Part shown: piece by piece, positions 18,235 to 27,333 of the stretch
Layout: each line of letters begins with the position of its first letter
Numbering within the stretch: position 1 is the first letter of the stretch
From: Thermoanaerobaculia bacterium
Lineage (GTDB): Bacteria; Acidobacteriota; Thermoanaerobaculia; Multivoradales; JAHEKO01
Assembly: GCA_945787575.1 (NCBI GenBank)
Contig: CALZKB010000045.1
Coordinates: 1,896-65,895, forward strand
Length of the DNA stretch: 64,000 bases
Direction: 5' to 3'
Made by a program: the position numbers and the translations under genes
Notes under the pieces: generated by a model
What the model saw: only the letters and a program-made list of their open reading frames with translations
Databases searched by the model: none
What the model was told of the DNA's origin: nothing

Positions 18235-21200
18235 ATGCCGATGGGGGTATTTCGAGCGAGGCGTTTTAGGGTGGCGGGCACTGTCGTTCTCGTCGCGGTC
18301 TGCCTCGGTGGCGGCGGCAGCCCTTCCGAAGCGCTGGCCGCCGGCGGTAACGGTCCGCTGCAGCGAGGAGAGGCGGTCGTGAGCCGATCCGCGGAGTGGG
18401 CCGAGGTCGATCGGCTGATCGAGGAGCAAAAGAACCAGGCGGCCGTCTCCGCCGTCCGGGAGATTCGATCGCGGGCGATCGCTGCCGAGGACGCGAAGAA
18501 CTGGACTCTCGCTCTCGTCCGAGAGGCCCAGCTGACGGCGGCTCTCGGCGGGGTCGAGAGCGCGGTGCGGTTGCTAGCCGGCGAGCCGTGGCCCGAGGAT
18601 CCGCGCGCAAGGATCGCTCTCGAGTTGCTCTACGCCCATTCACTGACGCGTTATCTCGACTACTACGGATGGGAGATCGGCCAGCGCGAGCGAATCGGTC
18701 CGCGCGACCAGGTCGATCTCGGTCAGTGGACCCGCGAACAGGTGATTCGAGCCGTGGAGGAAGCGTTCTTGGCGCTGTGGGCCGACCGTGAGGCCTGGGA
18801 CATCGAGCCGCTGGCCGAGCTGTCGGCCTACGTCGATCCCAACGACTACCCGGCGCGCATCCGCGGGACGTTGCGCGACGCGCTGACTCATCTGTGGGTC
18901 GACGTCCTGGGGAACACCGCCTACTGGTCCCCCGCCGAGTCGAACGCCGTCTATCGGCTCGACTTCGCCGCTCTCGCCGGCGGCGAGCAGTCAGGTCCGG
19001 GCGTGGCGGATCACCCGCTCGCCCGGCTCTCGGCGCTGTTGGCCGATCTCGAACGTTGGCACGCCGAAGCTGGGCGATCCGAAGCGGCCTTCGATGCTCT
19101 GCTGACCCGGATCGACAGACTCCGACCGCACGTAGGAGGCGACGACGATCGCCGGACTCTCGAAGAGCAGCTGAGCGGCGCGCTCGCCGAGTTGGGAGAG
19201 AGCTTCGAGTGGTGGTCGGTGGGCCAGGAGCTGCTCGCGCAGATCGTCAGGGCCGCCGACGAGCCGAGCAGCCTGCTCGAGGCTCGGGACCTCGCTCGGC
19301 AGGGGCTCGAGGCCCATCCGGAGAGCATCGGAGGTCGCCGTTGCGCTCATCTCGTGGCGTCTCTCGAAACTCCGACTTTCTCTTTGGAGGCGATGCGCTC
19401 GGATGGAGCCGACCGTCGCTCGATCGCGGTCCGACACAAGAACCTCGAGCGCCTGCACTTCCGCGCCTACCGCCTCGATCTCGAGAGGGCGCTGACGACA
19501 GGTCAGGACTACAACCTGTTGCCGAGCCACCGGGCGGTCGAGAAGTTGCTCGCCGGGGACGAGCCCGACTTCGTATGGGCGGTCGAGCTCCCAGAGACGC
19601 CCGATCTCCGCGAGCATCGAACCTTCGTCACGCCTGAGTCCGGGGAAACGGGGCTGTACGTCGTGGCGGCGTCGGCGCGTCCCGGCTTTCGAGCCAAGGG
19701 TAATCGCGTGCAGGCGATTCACTGGGTGAAGACCGGCCTGGTGCTCCTCGCCAGCGCGCAGGGTCAAGAGCTGCAGGCGGAGGTGCTTTCTGGCGCGAGC
19801 GGCGATCCGGTCTCCGGCGCCACGCTGGAGCTCTGGCAGCTCGACTATCGGGCCGGCCACCGTCGCATCGGCTCGGCGACGACCGCGGCAGACGGGACGG
19901 CGCGTCTCGATTCGACCGGGGAGCGCAGAGTCGATGCGCTCGCGATCGCGCGGCTCGCCGGCGACGTCACCTTCGAGCGGGTCTCCTTCGGACCGGGCGG
20001 CGGAAGACCGGAGCGTGAGTACGATCAGGCTCTCGTCTACACCGACCGCAGCGTCTACCGCCCCGGCCAGGAGATTCTCTGGAAGCTCGTCGCCTACCGG
20101 CGCTCGGCGGCGAAGCAGGCTCTGGAGGTGCGCCCTGGCGCCGCGGCAACAGTCGAGCTTCTCGATGCCAACTACGAGGTCGTCGACTCGGTCGAGGTCG
20201 AGACCAACGGTTTCGGGAGCGCCTCGGGCCGCTTCTCGATTCCGCTCGGACGGCTCCTTGGCTCCTGGCAGTTGCGCACCTCTGTGGGTGGCCAGGCGCA
20301 GGTACAGGTCGAGGAGTACAAACGGCCGACCTTCGAGGTGACCCTCGACGAGCCCGCCGAGAGCCAGCGGCTCAACCGGCCGGCGCAGATCGAGGGCGAG
20401 GCTCGCTACTACTTCGGCTTGCCGATCATCGATGCCCAGGTCCGCTGGCGGGCTACCCGCGAGCCTCGATATCCACCATGGTGGGGTTGGCTCCGGCGCA
20501 CGCCCCAAAGGGGGGCGGAGGTGGTGGCTGCGGGAGAGACGCGCCTCGATGCCGCTGGCCGGTTCGCTTTCGCCTTCACGCCGCAGGCGGACGAACGGGA
20601 AGCTGCCGACGGCGTTGCCTATCGCTACACGGTGGACGCCGAAGTGACCGATTCCGGGGGCGAGACCCGCTCCGCCAGTCGCGCCTTCACGCTCGGATTC
20701 GTCGCCGTGCGGGCGACACTCGAGGCGCAACGGGCGTTTTTCACCCCTGACGTAGCTCCCAGCTACGAGATTCGGCGGACCGACCTCGACGGGGTGGGGC
20801 GTGCGGGTGCGGCAAGATGGACGGTCGTCGCTCTCGAGCTTCCGGCGGAAGTCGCGCTGCCTGCCGACGAGCCGCTCCCGACGCCGGACGACGAGGAGAC
20901 GTTCGCCACGCCGGGCGACCTCCAACGGCCTCGTTGGGCGACGGACTACCGGGTCGCTGAGCGGCTTCGGAGCTGGCGCGACGGTGCCGAGGTCGCCAAC
21001 GGTCGGCTCGAGCACGGCGAGAATGGCGAGGCTCGGCTCGAGCTGCCCGCCCTGCCGTCGGGAGCGTATCGCCTCCGCTACGAGACCGAGGACTCCTTCG
21101 GTGCACTATTCGAGACCCAAGACGAGTTGATCGTGGCCGGCGGCACGCCACTCCCACTCCCGGCCTTTCTGGCGGTCGAGCGTTCGAGGGTACCGGTCGG

Positions 21201-24200
21201 CGCGGTGGCCAGGATCCTCGTGCACTCGGCGCTGCCCGAGCAGTCGTTGACCCTCGAGGTAACCCGCCCCGGTCGCCCGAGGGAGCTTCGCCGTTTCGAG
21301 GCCGGCTCCGCGCCGATCGTTGTCGACCTGCCGATCGAAGAGCTCGATCGCGGGGGGGTGCACCTGCTTCTGCGCGGCCTGCGCGACTACCAGCTGATGA
21401 CTCTCGCAGGGGGGATCGTGGTGCCGCCGCCGGAGCGCGATCTCGACGTCCGATTCACGACGTTTCGCGACCTTCTCCGCCCGGGTGCCCACGAAAGCTG
21501 GAGGATCACCCTCGCCGGCAGCGAGGGTGACGAGCTGGCGGCCGGGGCGGCCGAAGTCCTGACCTACATGTACGATCGTAGCCTCGATCTCTTCGCGCCG
21601 CATCAGCCGCCGAGGCCGGAGGGTTTCAGGCCCCACTCCCCGGTGCCCGCGCCCTGGCGCTCGAGTCTGGGGCGGTCCAATCCCGTCCTGCAGCGCGAGC
21701 AGAAGTGGCACGAGGTACCGCCCTATCCGCGGCTACAGAGCGATCAGATCCGGTTCTTCGACAGCTACGGCATCGGCGGGCCGGGGCATCGGAGGCTGAT
21801 GCAGCGGGGCGGACCGCAGATGATGGAGGCCCCCTCCTCGGCGTCGGTCGAGATGGCGGTCGAAGCCACCTCGGACGCGGGTGCGGTGCCGGTCGCCGAG
21901 CAGGTGATGAAGAACGGCGAGGACGGTCCCGGCTCTTGGCCTCCGGAAGGGGCTGGTGACAGGGCCCTGCGGACAGATTTCTCGGAGACCGCCTTTTGGG
22001 AACCTCATCTGGTGACCGATGGCGACGGCGAGGTCGCCTTCGAGTTCGACGTTCCCGATTCGGTGACCGAGTGGAATGTCTGGGTCCACGCGCTGACCCG
22101 GGAATTGCGCTACGGCTCGCTCGAGCAGCGGGTTCGCACAGCCAAGGATCTACTCGTGCGACCCTATCTTCCTCGTTTCCTCCGTGAAGGCGATCGCGCC
22201 GAGCTCAAGATCGTCGTGCAGAACGCGGGTGAGAAACCACTCTCCGGTGAGCTCGAGCTCGACCTCCTCGATCCGGCTACCGGCGTGAGTATGGCGAGTG
22301 ATTTCGGCCTGGCGAACACGGCCCGAAAGGGCCTCCCCTTCGCGGTCGGGCCCGGCGAGAGCGAGGCGTTGACCGTGGCGCTCCAGGCTCCGCGCCGGGT
22401 CGGCTCGGTGGCCGTCCGGGTCATGGGTGAGGCCGGTGACTGGAGCGACGGCGAGCTGCGGCCGCTCCCGCTGCTACCCGGGCGCTATCACCTGAGCCAG
22501 TCGCGCTTCGCGGCGCTCGACGATGCCGTTCGCCGGGTGCTCGTGTTCGAGGATCTCGGTGCTGATGACGACCCCTCCCGGATCGACGAGCAGCTCGTCG
22601 TCACGCTCGATGCCCAGCTCTTCGACACCGTCCTCGCCGCGCTCCCTTACCTCGTCGACTATCCCTACGAGTGCACCGAACAGATCCTCAACCGCTTCCT
22701 GTCGACCGGCATCGTGAGCTCGGTGTTCGAGGATCACCCCGCCGTCGCCGGGATGGCCGCGCAGCTCGCCCAACGCGAGACGGAGCTTGAGCCGTGGAGC
22801 CAAGACGACCCGAACCGCTCGATGGCACTGGTCGAAACACCGTGGTTGCATGACGCGGCCGGCGGAGAGACGTCCACCGAACGGCTCATCAGGGTGCTCG
22901 ATCCAGGGGTCGCGCGAGCGGAGCGGGACACGGCGCTCGCCAGCCTGCGACAGGCCCAGACCAGTCTCGGCGGCTTCCCGTGGTGGCCGGGAGGGCCGCC
23001 GTCTCCACACATGACGCTCTACATTCTGAGCGGCCTCTCCCGCGCTCTCGAGTTCGGGATCGAGATCCCGCGTGACCTCGTAGTGCCCGCATGGCGCTAC
23101 CTGCGGCAGCACTACCTGGCGGAGCTGGTTGCGGAGATGGAGCGCGAGGAAGGGCGCCACGAGCTGTTGACCATGCTCAATTTCGTGCTCTCGAGCTATC
23201 CCGACGAGTCGTGGACTCCGATCGACGAATCTTGGACGGGTGGCGTCTTCACCAAAGAGGATCGCCTTCGGATGCTCGAACATTCCTTCCAACACTGGCG
23301 TGAGCACTCTCCGCTGCTCAAGGGCTACCTGGCGCTCACCTTGAAGCGTGCCGGCCGCGACGCCGACGCGCGCCTCGTCTTCGACAGCGTCATGGACTCG
23401 GCCAAGACGAGCGAGGATCTGGGCACCTACTGGGCTCCCGAGGAGCGCGCCTGGCTCTGGTATAACGACACGATCGAGACTCACGCATTGGCGCTTCGGG
23501 TTCTCGGAGAGATCGACCCCGACGATCCGAGCCGGCAAGGGCTCGTCCACTGGCTGATGCTCAACAAGAAGCTCAGTCACTGGAAGTCGACGCGGGCGAC
23601 CGCCGAGGTCCTCTACTCGCTCGTTCACTACCTCGCTGGCGAGGGCGAGCTCGGGCAACGGGAAGAGGCGACGGTCGAGCTCGGCGGTGAGACCCGCCGG
23701 TTCGTCTTCGAGCCCGGGGACTTCGCCGGGCGCGAGCGCCAGATCGTCCTGCCGGGCACGGAGCTGAGCGCGAGACACGCGACGATCACGGTCGCGAAGG
23801 AGACGCCCGGCCTGCTCTTCGCCTCGGCGACCTGGCACTTCTCGACGGAGCAGCTCCCGACCGAGTCGCGCAGTGACTTCTTCGGAGTGGAACGGCGCTA
23901 CTACCGTCGACTCCAGACGGCTGGAGAATGGGTGCTCGAGCCGCTGGTCGACGGAACGGTGCTCACGCCGGGCGATCAGGTCGAGGTCCAGCTGTCCCTG
24001 CGCACCCGCCACGCGGCGGAGTACGTGCACTTGCGCGATCCTCGCGCCGCCGGCTTCGAGCCCGAGAGCCTGATCTCGGGCTACAACTGGGACCTGGGCA
24101 TCGGCTGGTACGAACAGGTGCGCGACAGCGGCACCGATTTCTTCTTCGAGTGGCTGCCGGTCGGGGAGTACACGTTCAAGTATCGGCTGCGAGCGAATCT

Positions 24201-24306
24201 CGGCGGCACCTTCAAGGCGGGCCCGGCGACAGTGCAGTCGATGTACGCCCCGGAGTTCACGGCCTACTCTTCGGGCGCCACTCTGACGATCGGCGCGACC
24301 CCGTGA
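18235..24306 (+). CDS. alpha-2-macroglobulin family protein (bacterial A2M-like, ~2020 aa)
   Basis: Signal / lipoprotein-like N-terminus (VVLVAVCLGGGGS). Mid-C-terminal block LPYLVDYPYECTEQILNRF contains a CxEQ thioester motif. Size and beta-rich repeats fit the MG-domain architecture. Confidence 0.6.
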   Translation: MPMGVFRARRFRVAGTVVLVAVCLGGGGSPSEALAAGGNGPLQRGEAVVSRSAEWAEVDRLIEEQKNQAAVSAVREIRSRAIAAEDAKNWTLALVREAQLTAALGGVESAVRLLAGEPWPEDPRARIALELLYAHSLTRYLDYYGWEIGQRERIGPRDQVDLGQWTREQVIRAVEEAFLALWADREAWDIEPLAELSAYVDPNDYPARIRGTLRDALTHLWVDVLGNTAYWSPAESNAVYRLDFAALAGGEQSGPGVADHPLARLSALLADLERWHAEAGRSEAAFDALLTRIDRLRPHVGGDDDRRTLEEQLSGALAELGESFEWWSVGQELLAQIVRAADEPSSLLEARDLARQGLEAHPESIGGRRCAHLVASLETPTFSLEAMRSDGADRRSIAVRHKNLERLHFRAYRLDLERALTTGQDYNLLPSHRAVEKLLAGDEPDFVWAVELPETPDLREHRTFVTPESGETGLYVVAASARPGFRAKGNRVQAIHWVKTGLVLLASAQGQELQAEVLSGASGDPVSGATLELWQLDYRAGHRRIGSATTAADGTARLDSTGERRVDALAIARLAGDVTFERVSFGPGGGRPEREYDQALVYTDRSVYRPGQEILWKLVAYRRSAAKQALEVRPGAAATVELLDANYEVVDSVEVETNGFGSASGRFSIPLGRLLGSWQLRTSVGGQAQVQVEEYKRPTFEVTLDEPAESQRLNRPAQIEGEARYYFGLPIIDAQVRWRATREPRYPPWWGWLRRTPQRGAEVVAAGETRLDAAGRFAFAFTPQADEREAADGVAYRYTVDAEVTDSGGETRSASRAFTLGFVAVRATLEAQRAFFTPDVAPSYEIRRTDLDGVGRAGAARWTVVALELPAEVALPADEPLPTPDDEETFATPGDLQRPRWATDYRVAERLRSWRDGAEVANGRLEHGENGEARLELPALPSGAYRLRYETEDSFGALFETQDELIVAGGTPLPLPAFLAVERSRVPVGAVARILVHSALPEQSLTLEVTRPGRPRELRRFEAGSAPIVVDLPIEELDRGGVHLLLRGLRDYQLMTLAGGIVVPPPERDLDVRFTTFRDLLRPGAHESWRITLAGSEGDELAAGAAEVLTYMYDRSLDLFAPHQPPRPEGFRPHSPVPAPWRSSLGRSNPVLQREQKWHEVPPYPRLQSDQIRFFDSYGIGGPGHRRLMQRGGPQMMEAPSSASVEMAVEATSDAGAVPVAEQVMKNGEDGPGSWPPEGAGDRALRTDFSETAFWEPHLVTDGDGEVAFEFDVPDSVTEWNVWVHALTRELRYGSLEQRVRTAKDLLVRPYLPRFLREGDRAELKIVVQNAGEKPLSGELELDLLDPATGVSMASDFGLANTARKGLPFAVGPGESEALTVALQAPRRVGSVAVRVMGEAGDWSDGELRPLPLLPGRYHLSQSRFAALDDAVRRVLVFEDLGADDDPSRIDEQLVVTLDAQLFDTVLAALPYLVDYPYECTEQILNRFLSTGIVSSVFEDHPAVAGMAAQLAQRETELEPWSQDDPNRSMALVETPWLHDAAGGETSTERLIRVLDPGVARAERDTALASLRQAQTSLGGFPWWPGGPPSPHMTLYILSGLSRALEFGIEIPRDLVVPAWRYLRQHYLAELVAEMEREEGRHELLTMLNFVLSSYPDESWTPIDESWTGGVFTKEDRLRMLEHSFQHWREHSPLLKGYLALTLKRAGRDADARLVFDSVMDSAKTSEDLGTYWAPEERAWLWYNDTIETHALALRVLGEIDPDDPSRQGLVHWLMLNKKLSHWKSTRATAEVLYSLVHYLAGEGELGQREEATVELGGETRRFVFEPGDFAGRERQIVLPGTELSARHATITVAKETPGLLFASATWHFSTEQLPTESRSDFFGVERRYYRRLQTAGEWVLEPLVDGTVLTPGDQVEVQLSLRTRHAAEYVHLRDPRAAGFEPESLISGYNWDLGIGWYEQVRDSGTDFFFEWLPVGEYTFKYRLRANLGGTFKAGPATVQSMYAPEFTAYSSGATLTIGATP

Positions 24307-24357
24307 CGCCCTCGCGCTGCTCTACCGATCGTCGACATCTCTGGCAGCGGTAGGACC

Positions 24358-24381
24358 TCCCCCGGTCCCCCGGTCCCCCGG
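24358..24381. repeat. tandem 8-mer tcccccgg x3
   Basis: Directly visible in the low-complexity spacer between the A2M gene and the RHH-like gene. Confidence 0.7.
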
Positions 24382-24434
24382 CTACCGGGAAGGTGTGGTC
24401 TCCGAGAGCCCACTTGATTCTATTTTGGTACTCA

Positions 24435-24455
24435 GGTACCATGGTACTACCATGG
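24435..24455. promoter_or_regulatory. candidate operator: perfect 12-bp palindrome GTACCATGGTAC nested in a 17-bp near-palindrome CCATGGTACTACCATGG overlapping the start codon at 24452
   Basis: Read directly from the sequence. Lies in a locally AT-richer stretch immediately 5' of the RHH-like gene. Confidence 0.45.
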
Positions 24456-24721
24456 CACGGAAACCCGATGGCGAACGGTACCTCGTCGAACGCGTTCAGA
24501 CCGGCGTCCGGATCGAGAAGAGAATCCTCAAGGTCTTGAAGGCCCTCGCCGAGTATCTGGAGATGACGCTCGGCGATCTGCTCGAAGGGGTGGTCCTTCA
24601 CGCCTTCGAGGGCAAAGCCCCCTTCGGAAAAGAGACCCTGGCCAAGATCGAGCAGCTCAAGTCGGTTTACGGGCTCGAGCTCGACGCCGAAGCGAGCCAT
24701 CGCCTCGAGGAGGAGGGATGA
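24452..24721 (+). CDS. small ribbon-helix-helix-like DNA-binding protein (putative antitoxin / autorepressor)
   Basis: 89 aa. Predicted beta strand TGVRIEKRI, then helices LKVLKALAEYLEMT - LG - DLLEGVVLHAF (RHH pattern), acidic C-terminal tail. ATGA overlap with the downstream gene. Confidence 0.45.
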   Translation: MARKPDGERYLVERVQTGVRIEKRILKVLKALAEYLEMTLGDLLEGVVLHAFEGKAPFGKETLAKIEQLKSVYGLELDAEASHRLEEEG

Positions 24722-25092
24722 CCGATCGAGAGTTGCTGGCCGCGTTCGAGAGTGGCCGGATCGAACCCGGGGCGTTCTGTCATGCCGAGCACGTGCGGAC
24801 CGCTTGGCTCTGCTTGCAACGCGAGGAGCCGGCGGCGGCACTCGGTCGATACGTCGACTCGATCCGACGGCGAGCCCCCGTGCGCTACCACGAGACGATC
24901 ACCTGGGCGTACGTCCTCCTCATTCGGGAGCGGATGGAGCCCGGGGGGGAGTGGGGAGCGTTCGCGCGCCGCAACCCCGATCTGATGGACTGGCAACAGC
25001 CGCTGCTGCATCGCTACTACTCGCCGGAGCTGCTCGCCTCGCAACGGGCTCGCGAGCGTTTCGTCTGGCCCGATCGCGGCGCCGAGTCCTGA
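24718..25092 (+). CDS. hypothetical 124-aa protein co-transcribed with the RHH-like gene (possible toxin partner)
   Basis: 4-nt overlap with the upstream gene. No family recognised. Contains RRRAPVRYH (weak Rx4-6H-like motif). Followed by a strong terminator. Confidence 0.4.
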   Translation: MTDRELLAAFESGRIEPGAFCHAEHVRTAWLCLQREEPAAALGRYVDSIRRRAPVRYHETITWAYVLLIRERMEPGGEWGAFARRNPDLMDWQQPLLHRYYSPELLASQRARERFVWPDRGAES

Positions 25093-25118
25093 CGACGCCG
25101 CTCCCGGGAAAAAGAAAA

Positions 25119-25156
25119 CCCCGGCTGTCTCCAGCCGGGGTCTTCATGGTTTGTCT
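25119..25156 (+). terminator. rho-independent terminator
   Basis: Perfect 9-bp stem ccccggctg/cagccgggg, loop tctc, then tcttcatggtttgtct. A-tract on the 5' side. Confidence 0.65.
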
Positions 25157-25529
25157 CGGTGGCGAGGGGTTCCCGTTAGGGGCTCTCCAGAGTAGCCACG
25201 GAGGCGTTGGAGGTTCCCACTAAGGGGTCGCCACCTCCACTAAACCTGGTTTACGTAACTCCACAGGATCACCTCCTCTCTGGGCGTACCCCTTGATGGC
25301 GAGCCCCACCTCGCCCAGTCTCGCGGACCGCCCGGATCCGTCGAGAGCTGCCACATTGTCGGGAACGTGGATTCTTCGCATGGGGCGTATGTTGAAAGAT
25401 TGCGGGACGGCTTGTCAATCCGCTCGGAGCACCGGTTTTCCTCTTGTTCGACGCCAGTTAGCTGGACACGGTAGTCGTTTGGCGATCGAGGTGCCTTAAG
25501 ATCCGAGTTCAATGGAGGAGGAAGCAACG

Positions 25530-26320
25530 ATGAGAGGGAGTCTCGAGTTCGGGATCGCTTCGCTTGCGATGATGATGCTGTGCGCGCCGATCGGCGCGCA
25601 GGAGGAGACGGTCGCGTCGATCGCGACCGTCAAGGTGACCGAGGGAATTTACATGCTCCAGGGGGAGGGGGGCAACATCGGCCTGGCGGTAGGACCGGAT
25701 GCGACCTTCCTGATCGACGATCAGTACGCGCCGGTGACCGAGGCGATTCTCGAGGCGGTCGCCGAGGTGACCGATCGATCGATCGATTTCGTTCTCAACA
25801 CCCACTGGCACGGAGATCACACGGGGAGATCGCGAGGCCGGCGCTGACCTTTCGTGATTCGCTGACCTTTCACCTCAACGGTCAGACGATCCGTGCCTTG
25901 CACCTCGACCCGAACGCGCATACCGATGGGGACGCGCTCGTCTTCTTCGAGCAAGCGGACGTCGTGCACATGGGCGACACCTTCTTCAGCGGCATGTACC
26001 CGTTCATCGACGTCGGTGGCGGAGGCACCCTTGCCGGGATGATCCGGATCGCCGACAAGGTCCTCGCTCGAATCGGCGAGGACACCAAGATCATCCCCGG
26101 TCACGGTCCGCTGTCGATCCGAGCGGAACTGGCGGCTTCCCGCGAGATGATGCAGGGTCTCCACGACGCGATGAGCGCCCTCGTGGACGAGGGCAAGAGT
26201 CGCGACGAGGCGATCGCCGCCCAGCCGACGGCACCGTGGGACGAGAAATGGGCGGGCTTTCTGCCGCCTGACGTGATCGCTGGAATCGTCTACGACAGCG
26301 TGCTGGCCGAGCGAGAGTGA
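25530..26320 (+). pseudogene. MBL-fold metallo-hydrolase (B3-like), disrupted by internal deletion/frameshift
   Basis: Frame 1 (from the ATG at 25530 behind GGAGGAGGAAG) gives signal peptide plus ...FVLNTHWHGDHTG and then stops. Frame 2 continues PALTFRDSLTFHLNGQTIRALHL...HTDGD...IPGHGPL. About 40 residues expected between HTGG and ALTF are missing. Confidence 0.6.
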
Positions 26321-26327
26321 GGGTGGC

Positions 26328-27323
26328 GTGAAGGTCGCGTCGCGCGGACGCTGGCAGCTCGATCTGGCTGCCGTCGAGGCGGCACGTCGGATCGTCGCTT
26401 CGCGCCTACCGCCTACGCCGTTGCGTTCGTACCCGCTGCTCGACGCAGTCGTCGGCCACGACATCTCGATTCTCGTCAAGCACGAGAACCACCAACCGAC
26501 CAACGCCTTCAAGGTGCGCAACGGGCTCGTCGCGCTCGCCCGGCTCGCTCCCGAGGAGTGCGCGCGCGGCGTCGTAACGGCGTCCCGCGGCAACCACGGG
26601 CAGGGTCTCGCCTGGGCAGCCCAGGATGCGGGGGTACCGGTCGTCGTCTGCGTGCCGCACGGCAACAACCCCGAGAAGAACGCGGCGATGGAAGCGTTCG
26701 GAGCCGAGCTGATCATCGAGGGTCAGACCTACGACGATGCCGCTCGGATCGCCGAGCGTGTGGCCGCCGAACGCGGTTCGACCTTCATCCACTCGACGAA
26801 CGATCTCGGGGTATTGGCGGGTGCCGGAACGATTGCGCTGGAGGTGATCGAAGAGGCTCCTGACGTCGATGCCTTCGTGCTCGCGGTGGGAGGCGGGTCG
26901 CAGGCGGTCGGGGCCATGACGGTGGTCGGCGAGCTCGCTCCGAGAGTGGAGATCTTCGGCGTTCAGGCGGCCGCCGCGCCGACGATCCATGACTCGTGGC
27001 ACGCCGGCGCCAGAGTGCTTCGCCCGGTCGAAGATACGCTGGCCGACGGGCTGGCGACGGGGGACGTCTACGAGGCCACCTTCGATGCGCTTTGCGACGG
27101 CCTCGCCGGCTTCGTCACGGTGACCGAGTCCGAGATCGCGGACTCGATCCGGCTGTTGCTGGAGACGACCCACAACCTCGTCGAGGGTGGCGGAGCCAGC
27201 GGTTTGGCCGGTCTGCGACGGCTCGCGAAGCAGCTCGCCGGTCGCAAGGTCGTGGTCTATTTGACCGGCGGCAACATCGACCAGGTCGGCCTGCGCACGG
27301 TGCTCGGCAGCTCGGCGGCCTAG
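26328..27323 (+). CDS. PLP-dependent threonine/serine dehydratase family enzyme
   Basis: NHQPTNAFKVRNGL (PLP lysine), ASRGNHGQGLAWAA, GGGS glycine loop. Confidence 0.75.
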   Translation: MKVASRGRWQLDLAAVEAARRIVASRLPPTPLRSYPLLDAVVGHDISILVKHENHQPTNAFKVRNGLVALARLAPEECARGVVTASRGNHGQGLAWAAQDAGVPVVVCVPHGNNPEKNAAMEAFGAELIIEGQTYDDAARIAERVAAERGSTFIHSTNDLGVLAGAGTIALEVIEEAPDVDAFVLAVGGGSQAVGAMTVVGELAPRVEIFGVQAAAAPTIHDSWHAGARVLRPVEDTLADGLATGDVYEATFDALCDGLAGFVTVTESEIADSIRLLLETTHNLVEGGGASGLAGLRRLAKQLAGRKVVVYLTGGNIDQVGLRTVLGSSAA

Positions 27324-27333
27324 CCGGGGAGGT

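Noticed and set aside
18991-21015. 674-aa ORF on - strand and the 518-aa ORF at 22474..24030
   Set aside because: Both are antisense to the A2M-like gene and have Arg-rich, low-complexity translations with no motifs; shadow ORFs.
25158-25239. Possible tRNA (8-bp acceptor-like stem GGTGGCGA/TCGCCACC + T + CCA, internal GGTTC boxes), including the idea of an 8-bp-acceptor tRNA-Sec
   Set aside because: No D-arm, anticodon arm or T-arm with proper pairing can be drawn by hand. Kept only as a generic structured-RNA candidate (see findings), not annotated as tRNA.
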